From: Flavobacteriales bacterium
GTDB lineage: Bacteria; Bacteroidota; Bacteroidia; CAIKAF01
Direction of reading: 5' to 3'
Assembly: GCA_025451295.1 (NCBI GenBank)
Contig: JANWKQ010000041.1
Span: 1 to 55,920 of the forward strand
Length of the DNA: 55,920 nucleotides
Position 1 is the first letter of the stretch. The number at the start of each line of letters is the position of its first letter. The notes beneath the pieces are model-generated. The model was not told the DNA's origin. It saw only the letters and a list, made by a program, of their open reading frames with translations, and did no database searches. The position numbers were made by a program, and so were the translations under genes. Of the stretch, positions 39,505 through 47,492 are shown piece after piece.

Positions 39505-41859
39505 TTAAAAATTAAAATCCAACCTTAAATTAAAACTCCTCGGCAGATTCATCACACCAGGTCGGGCAATATATTCAAGATTCGTTAGATTTTTGATAAG
39601 GAAGCTGACTTTTGCTTTCCATTTTTTAAATGTATACGATGCCCTCATGTCCATCGTAAAATCACCCGCATCATTTTTATGATTGTTGATCCATGGTGAA
39701 ATAAAATTCGGGATCGCTAATTCGATGAATAAAAAATTCGGATCTATGTTTTCATATGTACTCATATAATAAAACGTGGTTCCGAATCCAATTCCTTTCC
39801 ATTGAAGATCAATATCAGCTCTTACTGTGTGACGATTCCGGAATGGCAGGATCATTTTATTATTGGCACTATCCAACATGTGCTGACCAAAAATTCGGAA
39901 CATAGTATCGAGATATGCACCGACATTTACCAATGTGGGGAAAGCGGAAAGGTCTGCGGGAAAAGCATAATTATAACCGGCATAGGCATTTAACTGTACG
40001 GGTCCGATATTTCCTTTTCCACCAACGGTTACTTCAAATCCCATTATTCTTGCCCTGCCAATATTAAATGCTTTAAATCCAACGCCATCCGGTGGATAAT
40101 TACCAATATTATACTGGATCATATCGCGATATTCCATCCAGTACAAAGCTATATCTGCATAGCCGGTCCATTTTTTGGTAATATTAAATCCTTGTCGGAT
40201 ACCAATTTCTGCATTCCAACCAGTTTCAGGCCGAAGATCATAATTGGGTAAGACAAAAAATCCGGGAACAAGTTCCGCCCTGATAAATCGTTCCCCTAAA
40301 GATGGAATGCGATAGGATTGTCCGAATGATCCTCTTAAAAAAGTTTGCTTCGCTGCTCTAAAGTTGATTCCTCCTCTGAAAACAGGTAAGGATCCTTCCA
40401 CTAAAAAATCGGCGCCGTTTAATTCGTATCGAACACCAGCCACCACACTCCAACGCCGGTAATTAAATTCCAATTGACCAAAAGCGGCTGCCGCATAGGT
40501 TTGAAAAAATTTCTTGGCATTCCCATTGGTGTCCAATTGCAAACTATCTGGAAATAAATTACTCTGGATCCATCCATAATTGATATAGGCCCCTGCAGTA
40601 ACCGTGAACATATTTTTATAGAACTTTCGCTGATATTGGTAATCAAGCATCATATTATTGGCGATCGCATCAATATCTCCATCAAACCCATATCTGAATT
40701 TGCGATAGTATCTCATCGTCAGATTATGCTTGTTCCCTTTTTTATCATAATATTTTATATGCGGATCCAGAATGAGGAAATAATATTTATCGTCGGATCC
40801 AAAAGTTTTACGATAAATGTTTGAATCCGCATCTCTCCATAGTACAAATCGTCCGGCTCTTTCGTACATGAATAAACCATTCAGACCAAACACCAGACCC
40901 GGTGCTTTCTTTGGACGAAACTGATATTTGAAGTTGAGCCTGCCTCTCGCCTGGTTATTTCCTTCCAATGGGCTTCGGTCGTAATGAAAATTTCCACCGA
41001 TCACCAGATCCATATTCTCTTTGATCCGTTGTGAATGATTGAAGAACATTCCTGTTGATACCGGTTGATCCAATGCACTCCACCATTTGGTGGCTGGTCG
41101 TGAAGGATCGCCAAATACCTGGGAATATAGGCTTACAGTAGTGGATGGTTCCTTTGAAGGCCAACCTGTGATCACATTGATCACACCATTGAGTGAACCA
41201 CTTCCATAAAATACCGAGGAAGCACCTTTCATGATCTCCACCTGTGAAATATTTTCGACAGGAATGAGATTCCATTCAACATTTCCAAGATCACCACCGA
41301 TCAAAGGCACACCATCCAATAAAAAGCTGACGCGGGTACCGATTCCATAGGAATAACCAGCTGCACCACGAATGGAGGCTTGTCCATCAGTGATCTGTAC
41401 CCCAGGTACACGGTTCACGATTTCCGCAACATCAATGGAGTTTGTATTTTTAATAAGTTGGGCCGATACCACATCCATGGATACGGTTTCCTTATTGATC
41501 TCTTTATCATACCTGCTGCCCGATACCACAAAAGTTACCAACTCTTTGGGCATTTCTTTCATCAGAAATTTCACCTCCCTTTTTTCTCCGGGCTTTAGCG
41601 TGATAATTTCTTCAAGGGATTCATATCCTACCGCTGAAAATGTGAGCACATAGGTGCCTGAGTCCAGCTCTATTGAATATTTGCCTCCCCGGTCGGTAAC
41701 AGCCGCGGCTTTACCATTCAAGGAAATGTTTACCCCAATCAGTTTTTCACCATTGGAGGTGTCGACAACGGTTCCGAATAAAGTGGCCTTCTGCGAAAAC
41801 AAACAGGCAGAGCTGAATATATAAGCGAAAAGGAATATCAGGTATTTCTGAGGTACCAT
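39505..41859 (-). CDS. TonB-dependent receptor with N-terminal CarboxypepD_reg-like domain
   Basis: The ATG at 41859 gives MVPQKYLIFLFAYIFSSA. The N-domain is TLFGTVVDTSNGEKLIGVNISL and the plug is ISQVEIMKGASSVFYGSGSLNGVINVIT. The barrel ends in ...LRLDFNF. Confidence 0.85.
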   Translation of the reverse strand: MVPQKYLIFLFAYIFSSACLFSQKATLFGTVVDTSNGEKLIGVNISLNGKAAAVTDRGGKYSIELDSGTYVLTFSAVGYESLEEIITLKPGEKREVKFLMKEMPKELVTFVVSGSRYDKEINKETVSMDVVSAQLIKNTNSIDVAEIVNRVPGVQITDGQASIRGAAGYSYGIGTRVSFLLDGVPLIGGDLGNVEWNLIPVENISQVEIMKGASSVFYGSGSLNGVINVITGWPSKEPSTTVSLYSQVFGDPSRPATKWWSALDQPVSTGMFFNHSQRIKENMDLVIGGNFHYDRSPLEGNNQARGRLNFKYQFRPKKAPGLVFGLNGLFMYERAGRFVLWRDADSNIYRKTFGSDDKYYFLILDPHIKYYDKKGNKHNLTMRYYRKFRYGFDGDIDAIANNMMLDYQYQRKFYKNMFTVTAGAYINYGWIQSNLFPDSLQLDTNGNAKKFFQTYAAAAFGQLEFNYRRWSVVAGVRYELNGADFLVEGSLPVFRGGINFRAAKQTFLRGSFGQSYRIPSLGERFIRAELVPGFFVLPNYDLRPETGWNAEIGIRQGFNITKKWTGYADIALYWMEYRDMIQYNIGNYPPDGVGFKAFNIGRARIMGFEVTVGGKGNIGPVQLNAYAGYNYAFPADLSAFPTLVNVGAYLDTMFRIFGQHMLDSANNKMILPFRNRHTVRADIDLQWKGIGFGTTFYYMSTYENIDPNFLFIELAIPNFISPWINNHKNDAGDFTMDMRASYTFKKWKAKVSFLIKNLTNLEYIARPGVMNLPRSFNLRLDFNF

Positions 41860-41865
41860 AATAAA

Positions 41866-41873
41866 CAAATTTA
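41866..41873 (-). promoter_or_regulatory. -7 promoter box TAAATTTG very close to the receptor ATG
   Basis: Perfect TAnnTTTG on the minus strand, only 6 nt before the ATG at 41859. This implies a near-leaderless mRNA if it is functional. Confidence 0.35.
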
Positions 41874-41992
41874 CAATTTTTTGGTAACTAATCCTTATGG
41901 ATTTGGTTGGTAGTCTTACGGGATGGAATGTGTATTACCATGGCAGCTTGGTGCTGACTGAAGTGTTAGTTCGGCTTACGTCTAAAAATCAC

Positions 41993-42000
41993 TATTTTTG
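41993..42000 (+). promoter_or_regulatory. -7 promoter box TATTTTTG
   Basis: Perfect TAnnTTTG 18 nt upstream of the gltX ATG at 42019. Confidence 0.5.
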
Positions 42001-42018
42001 TTTCCATTTTAATAACAC

Positions 42019-43551
42019 ATGAGTAAGGAAGTAAGAGTACGATTTGCGCCAAGTCCCACAGGACCATTACACCTGGGCGGAGTAAGAACCGCTTTATACA
42101 ATTATCTGTTTGCTAAAAAGCATGGAGGTAAATGTATTTTGAGAATTGAAGATACCGATCAGGGACGTTTTGTTCCCGGAGCGGAGGAATATATTGTGGA
42201 TTCATTAACCTGGGTAGGTGTAACATTTGATGAAGGTGTACATGTGGGTGGGCCCGACGAACCTTATCGCCAAAGCGAACGAAAGGAGATGTATCGGCAA
42301 TATGCTGAGTTACTCATTGAAAAAGGTTTTGCTTACTATGCTTTTGATTCAGCAGAGGAGTTGGAGGCGATCCGTGAAAAAATGAAAGCTTCTGGGAATT
42401 CTACGTGGCAGTACAACAACATAACGCGGGTAAATATGAAGAATTCCCTAACCTTACCTGCTGATGAAGTAAAACGAAAGCTGGAGGCTGGTGATCCTTA
42501 TGTAATACGTATTAAAATCCCCAGGAATGAAGAAATAAGACTCACAGATATCATTCGCGGAGTTGTGGTAGTTAATTCGAACAATGTAGATGATAAAGTA
42601 TTGTTCAAATCAGACGGAATGCCTACCTATCACCTGGCAAATGTGGTAGACGATTATTTAATGAAAATTTCACATGTGATCAGAGGAGAGGAATGGTTAC
42701 CATCAGCACCTTTGCACGTGTTGCTATACAGATATCTGGGTTGGGAAGATTTAATGCCTGAATTTGCTCACTTACCCTTGATATTAAAACCAGATGGAAA
42801 CGGGAAGTTGAGCAAGAGAGACGGAGATCGTTTGGGATTTCCGGTTTTTCCGTTGGAATGGAAGGATCCGGATAGTGGAGAAATTTCGTCCGGTTATAGG
42901 GAATCCGGTTGGTTTCCGGAGGCTGTGGTTAATTTGGTGGCATTACTTGGCTGGCATCCGGCTGACAACAAAGAGGTATTCAGCATGGAAGAACTCATCG
43001 AAGGATTTTCACTGGATCGTGTTTCAAAATCCGGCGCAAAATTCGATGTAGAAAAAGCAAAATGGTTCAACCAGCATTATTTAAGGTTACAATCAGATAA
43101 GACACTTTCGGCCATAATTAAACCACTGGTTGAAGCGGATGGTATCAAAGTAAGTGATGCTTTGCTGGAAAAAGTGGTGGCCGCTCAAAAAGAAAGGGCT
43201 TTATACCCAAAGGATATTTATACCGAAGGGAAATTTTTCTTTGTTGCACCGGTTGGATTCGATTCGGATCTCTTACAGAAAAAATGGAAAGAAGGATCAA
43301 CAGAATTAGCCCAACAATTAATCCCGGTTTTTGAATCCATCGAAAATTTCGAACCGGTTACGATCGAATCTACCTTAAAAGCATATCTCGAAGCTAACAA
43401 GATTGGTGTGGGTGCAGTAATGCCCCTGGTGAGGATCTTGCTTACAGGTGGTTTAACCGGTCCTGCCGTATTTGATATAGCCGCCATTCTGGGCAAGGAA
43501 GAAACACTCCAACGAATGAGAAACGGGATAAGTATTATTTCGAAAAACTAG
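42019..43551 (+). CDS. gltX: glutamate--tRNA ligase
   Basis: The HIGH-type region is RFAPSPTGPLHLGGVRTALYNY and the KMSKS-type loop is KLSKR. 510 aa. Confidence 0.95.
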   Translation: MSKEVRVRFAPSPTGPLHLGGVRTALYNYLFAKKHGGKCILRIEDTDQGRFVPGAEEYIVDSLTWVGVTFDEGVHVGGPDEPYRQSERKEMYRQYAELLIEKGFAYYAFDSAEELEAIREKMKASGNSTWQYNNITRVNMKNSLTLPADEVKRKLEAGDPYVIRIKIPRNEEIRLTDIIRGVVVVNSNNVDDKVLFKSDGMPTYHLANVVDDYLMKISHVIRGEEWLPSAPLHVLLYRYLGWEDLMPEFAHLPLILKPDGNGKLSKRDGDRLGFPVFPLEWKDPDSGEISSGYRESGWFPEAVVNLVALLGWHPADNKEVFSMEELIEGFSLDRVSKSGAKFDVEKAKWFNQHYLRLQSDKTLSAIIKPLVEADGIKVSDALLEKVVAAQKERALYPKDIYTEGKFFFVAPVGFDSDLLQKKWKEGSTELAQQLIPVFESIENFEPVTIESTLKAYLEANKIGVGAVMPLVRILLTGGLTGPAVFDIAAILGKEETLQRMRNGISIISKN

Positions 43552-43571
43552 TTTCCTATAAAATCATCAAC

Positions 43572-43928
43572 ATGACAAGCCGGATTGAATTAAAAGGAAT
43601 GAAATTTCATGCACATCATGGCTTGTATGAAATCGAAAGAGAAAAAGGAGGATGGTTTTTGGTGGATGTGTCTTTCGATTGTCATACTTCATTAGCGATT
43701 GACAAAGATGAAATCGATGGAACAGTAAACTATGAAGAAGTTTATAACATAGTGAAGGAGGAAATGGCGATCCCGTCAAAACTGATTGAACATGTGGCCG
43801 GAAGGATCCATCAAAGAATAAAAAAAGAAGTGACCGGAGTTTTGAAATTGGCAACAAAGGTTTATAAGCTGGATGCTCCTTTGGGTGGCCCTTTAGAACA
43901 TGTCAGCATTCAACTGCAGGATGAGTAA
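43572..43928 (+). CDS. folB: dihydroneopterin aldolase
   Basis: 118 aa. IELKGMKFHAHHGLYEIEREKGGWFLVDV and the tail KLDAPLGG fit FolB. Confidence 0.85.
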   Translation: MTSRIELKGMKFHAHHGLYEIEREKGGWFLVDVSFDCHTSLAIDKDEIDGTVNYEEVYNIVKEEMAIPSKLIEHVAGRIHQRIKKEVTGVLKLATKVYKLDAPLGGPLEHVSIQLQDE

Positions 43929-44094
43929 TAAAAAGAAAACCTGTCCCAAATGCGGTAAAATGTTTATCTGCATGATCAATAACCATTGCTGGTGTACAAA
44001 AATTGAACTTTCTGATAAACAAAGAAATTTACTCAGGGAAAAGTACTTTGGATGTTTGTGCAATGCATGTCTGGTAGAAATTTCCAGATCATAA
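43921..44094 (+). CDS. cysteine-rich CWC-family small protein
   Basis: The start is at MSNKKKTCPKCGKMFICMINNHCWC...CLCNAC (C-x2-C ... CWC pattern). It overlaps the folB stop (ATGAGTAA). Confidence 0.65.
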   Translation: MSNKKKTCPKCGKMFICMINNHCWCTKIELSDKQRNLLREKYFGCLCNACLVEISRS

Positions 44095-44098
44095 AACA

Positions 44099-44128
44099 AA
44101 CGCCCCTGAAGTTTCCATCAGAAGCGTT
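44099..44128 (-). terminator. intrinsic terminator of the MORN-repeat gene
   Basis: The minus RNA is AACGCUUCUGA...UCAGGGGCGUU followed by UGUUUUAU. Two positions are G-U on the minus RNA but A-C on the plus RNA. Confidence 0.55.
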
Positions 44129-44153
44129 CTCACTATTTTTAGTGAAGTAATAA

Positions 44154-44546
44154 TTATCTTTTGGCTATGATCTGTCCATGCTGATCCTTTCGTAAAGCAG
44201 AAAGCATATGGTTATGACTAAAGCTGATCTCGAAAACGGTGTGTTCATATTCATCCTTGATGATCCACTTACCCGTTTTTTCACCATTTCGATAATGTGA
44301 TACTGCTGTAAGTTTTCCATTTTCATCCCAGGTTTTCCAAATCCCATGTTTTACGCCATTCTTATAATGACCCAAAGTAGATTTTTGCCCGTTGGAATAA
44401 TATGCTTTAAACGTATAGTTGGCATTGTCTTCGCCTGTATAGGAAGTATGTAACTTTCCTTCAGCATTATATTGAAATTTGTTGACTGCCTGTCCAAAAA
44501 TGAGGGCAGGGATCAAGAAGGCTGTTATTAGAAGGATCTTTCTCAT
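44154..44546 (-). CDS. exported MORN-repeat (YwqK-like) protein
   Basis: Signal peptide. Repeated GxxxGxW units (NGVKHGIWKTWDENGKL, NGEKTGKWII). Confidence 0.65.
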   Translation of the reverse strand: MRKILLITAFLIPALIFGQAVNKFQYNAEGKLHTSYTGEDNANYTFKAYYSNGQKSTLGHYKNGVKHGIWKTWDENGKLTAVSHYRNGEKTGKWIIKDEYEHTVFEISFSHNHMLSALRKDQHGQIIAKR

Positions 44547-44611
44547 GGATTCCTTGTGTTTGTTGGTGATTAGTACAAAGAAACGAGTTATTTACATTTA
44601 GGTTACATTTT

Positions 44612-44633
44612 CTTAACATTGGCTTAACATTGG
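44612..44633. repeat. perfect 11-bp tandem duplication CTTAACATTGG x2
   Basis: Copies lie at 44612..44622 and 44623..44633, in the gap upstream of the MORN gene. TTACATTT also occurs twice nearby. Confidence 0.8.
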
Positions 44634-44659
44634 AGAGAAAAAATATTTTAAAGTACTGA

Positions 44660-45076
44660 CTATCTACACTTTAAAATTTGTTCATTGACCTGCTTTGGGG
44701 TCATTCTTTGGGGCTTTTTGAGGAAAGTATGCCGGATATAACTAACCAAATCCGCAATCTCATCATACTCAATTTTGGGATTACCCGTCATCCGGGTATT
44801 GAAATTTTTGCCGTTTACCAGGATACTGCCTTCCATTCCGTTTTTGATAATGCAGACCACCGAATCATTTTCGAACCAGGCCGGATCTGTTAGTGGTGGA
44901 ATTAATAATTGAAGCCCATCACCGTTTTGACCATGGCAATTGACGCAATGTTTTTCATAACTCTTTTTACCTCTTACCAAATAGTAATCTTTGTTGGATC
45001 TGTTGACTATAAATACGAGCCCGATAATGAGCAGGAGGAAAATAATAATGGCGATATAGTATTTACTGTTTTTCAC
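44660..45076 (-). CDS. membrane-anchored mono-haem c-type cytochrome
   Basis: N-terminal TM segment and CVNCH haem motif. The GTG start overlaps the SCO1 gene end by 14 nt. Confidence 0.75.
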   Translation of the reverse strand: MKNSKYYIAIIIFLLLIIGLVFIVNRSNKDYYLVRGKKSYEKHCVNCHGQNGDGLQLLIPPLTDPAWFENDSVVCIIKNGMEGSILVNGKNFNTRMTGNPKIEYDEIADLVSYIRHTFLKKPQRMTPKQVNEQILKCR

Positions 45077-45716
45077 CCAGGAGCAAAGGTATATCTTTTA
45101 TGAGTTGGTCAACCTCTTCTGATTTGGTTCCATCATAAACCCCACGAATATGTTTTTGCTGATCGATCAGTACTAATGCACCGCTGTGGATATATCCTCC
45201 GGGTTCGTTGGGAGCTTCTTCGGCACTACAGAGATAATATTCTGCAATGGTGTAGATGGAATCTTTATCGCCGGTAACAAAGTTCCATTTTTCGCTACTC
45301 ACTTGTAATCTGCCGGCATATTCATGCAACACTTCCACCTTGTCGTATTCCGGATCGATGGTATGACTTAAGATCTTTACGCGGGGGTCATTTTTAAAAG
45401 CATTGTATACCCTAAGCAATTCTGATTTCATTTTCGGACAAATGGTAGGACAGGTGGTAAAAAAGAAATCGGCTATATAAATGCTGCCATCATAGGTTTG
45501 GTTGGTCACCGTTTTTCCATCCTGGTTGGTAAATGAAAATGCTGGTATGGTTGGAAACAAAGTATCAGGAATTAATTTTCCGTTTTCTTCATGAGAAGTA
45601 ATGGTAGGTTCACCCAGATAAGGAAGTTTTTTTGGACCGTCGTTTTTGGAAACAGGTTTTTTACCACAACTGAATAAAACGGATAAACAACCAATGATGA
45701 ATAGGATTCTTAACAT
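45063..45716 (-). CDS. SCO1/SenC-family copper chaperone (thioredoxin fold) lipoprotein
   Basis: Lipobox LFSCG, copper motif CPTICP and HTIDPEYD. Confidence 0.85.
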   Translation of the reverse strand: MLRILFIIGCLSVLFSCGKKPVSKNDGPKKLPYLGEPTITSHEENGKLIPDTLFPTIPAFSFTNQDGKTVTNQTYDGSIYIADFFFTTCPTICPKMKSELLRVYNAFKNDPRVKILSHTIDPEYDKVEVLHEYAGRLQVSSEKWNFVTGDKDSIYTIAEYYLCSAEEAPNEPGGYIHSGALVLIDQQKHIRGVYDGTKSEEVDQLIKDIPLLLGEKQ

Positions 45717-46180
45717 TTTTCTTTTACTGGATTATAGGAAATAAATTTTTCAGCTTCTTCGATGGTCTTATTCATGAATATTTCTACTGCTTCAATCGAT
45801 TTTTTTTGATCGAGATAATATATTTTCTTTTCATCGAAACTGAGGAACTCATCCGGAGCGGTGTATTGATGCATCCAGTCCATCATATCCTTGTCTGCCT
45901 TTTCAATATTATTGATAAGTACGATTGCTTTGTCCTTCGTTATGCTATCGGTTGAACATTCATCAATGCTGATGATGTATTTTTTTAGCTTAAACAGACC
46001 ACCATGATTTTTCATGCTGCGGTCGTGAACTTCCATTACCTCAAGTGCCAGTTGTTCGAGTTCCCAGTTTTGTTTTTTGAGAATTTGTTCTTTTGAAGGT
46101 CCACAAGAAGAAAGGATCAGCAAAAATAAAAGGGTGATATATATATATGAATGTTTCAAGACATTTTGATGAAGGTCCAA
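45710..46180 (-). CDS. hypothetical lipoprotein, first gene of the SCO1/cytochrome c trio
   Basis: Lipobox LILSSCG and a TTG start. There is a 7-nt overlap with the SCO1 gene. Confidence 0.55.
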   Translation of the reverse strand: MDLHQNVLKHSYIYITLLFLLILSSCGPSKEQILKKQNWELEQLALEVMEVHDRSMKNHGGLFKLKKYIISIDECSTDSITKDKAIVLINNIEKADKDMMDWMHQYTAPDEFLSFDEKKIYYLDQKKSIEAVEIFMNKTIEEAEKFISYNPVKEKC

Positions 46181-46319
46181 AAGTCCGAAAATTTATTGAG
46201 AATAAGGAAATCTTCGATAAACGGCTATTAGGAGCCGTTAGCCCCCATCCTTTAAAAATCTTTAAAAAAAAATGAACCTACCTATTTCTGGGGTGTAACC
46301 ATATTAAAATTAGGCAAAA

Positions 46320-47486
46320 ATGAAACGTTCAATCCTTTTAACGACAGCCTTATCTGTACTCATGATGAGCACCCTCTTAGCCGGACCCAATAAGGTTACG
46401 GTAAACATGGGAAAAACTACCAAATCATACGCTAGACATCCTTTCGGAAAACAAAAGATCCAGGTGGCCCTGTTAATGGACACCAGTAGCAGTATGGACG
46501 GCCTTATCGAACAAGCCAAATCTCAACTCTGGAAAATTGTAAATGAACTGGCCACCGCTCAATATAACGGTGAAAAACCCCAAATTGAAATTGCGCTTTA
46601 CCATTATGGGAATGATGGTTTAAATGCCAGTAGCAATTATATCCAGCAAATACTTCCATTTACCAACGATCTTGATAAGGTATCGGAAGAATTATTCAAA
46701 CTTACTACCAATGGCGGAAATGAATATTGTGGAGCCGTGATTGAAGATGCTACTTTAAATCTGAAGTGGACAGATTCAAATGATGACCTGAAACTGGTTT
46801 ATATCGCCGGAAACGAACCCTTTGACCAGGGTGGTGTGGATTATCAAAAAGCCTGCAGAGCTGCCATTAAAAAAGGAATCATTGTGAATACTATTTATTG
46901 CGGACAGGAATCGGACGGTGTGAATTCACATTGGAAAGAAGGCGCTCAGCTGGCTGACGGAGAATTCCTCAGCATTAATATGAATGAACAAACCGTTTAT
47001 ATTGAAACTCCCTTTGATACCACATTGATCCGTTTGAACAACGAATTGAATTCAACCTATCTTTTTTATGGTGTAAATGGAACTTTTGCATCTACTAATC
47101 AGGCAGCACAGGATGGAAATGCGAATACGATCTCTATGTCGAATGCAGCTGAAAGAACCGTATCTAAAGCCAACACCGGATATTATAATGCAACCTGGGA
47201 TCTGGTGGATGCTGCCAAGGATGAAAATTTCGAAGTTGATGATCTCAAAAAGGAAGATTTGCCGGAAGAAATGAAGAATATGGATGATGATGAGAAAAAA
47301 TTGTATGTGGCGGAGAAATCAGCCAAAAGAGATGCGATTAAAAATGAGATCAATTCCATTAACGTTCAGCGACAAGCTTTTATTGATGAGAAAATGAAAG
47401 AACTTGGTGAGACCAATTCACTCGATAAGGCAGTGATCAGCAGCGTACGGAATATGGCATTAAAGAAGAATTACACTTTTGAATAA
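46320..47486 (+). CDS. exported von Willebrand factor A (VWA) domain protein with charged C-terminal helical tail
   Basis: Signal peptide. The MIDAS motif is LLMDTSSSMDG, with a later NGGNEY and IAGNEPF. The C-terminal ~90 aa are K/E/D-rich. Confidence 0.75.
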   Translation: MKRSILLTTALSVLMMSTLLAGPNKVTVNMGKTTKSYARHPFGKQKIQVALLMDTSSSMDGLIEQAKSQLWKIVNELATAQYNGEKPQIEIALYHYGNDGLNASSNYIQQILPFTNDLDKVSEELFKLTTNGGNEYCGAVIEDATLNLKWTDSNDDLKLVYIAGNEPFDQGGVDYQKACRAAIKKGIIVNTIYCGQESDGVNSHWKEGAQLADGEFLSINMNEQTVYIETPFDTTLIRLNNELNSTYLFYGVNGTFASTNQAAQDGNANTISMSNAAERTVSKANTGYYNATWDLVDAAKDENFEVDDLKKEDLPEEMKNMDDDEKKLYVAEKSAKRDAIKNEINSINVQRQAFIDEKMKELGETNSLDKAVISSVRNMALKKNYTFE

Positions 47487-47492
47487 TTGATC

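Noticed and set aside
44154-44546. A toxin-antitoxin module, suggested by the YwqK-like MORN-repeat protein.
   Set aside because: The protein has a signal peptide, stands alone with its own terminator, and has no adjacent toxin-like (YwqJ/deaminase/nuclease) gene. It is simply an exported MORN-repeat protein.
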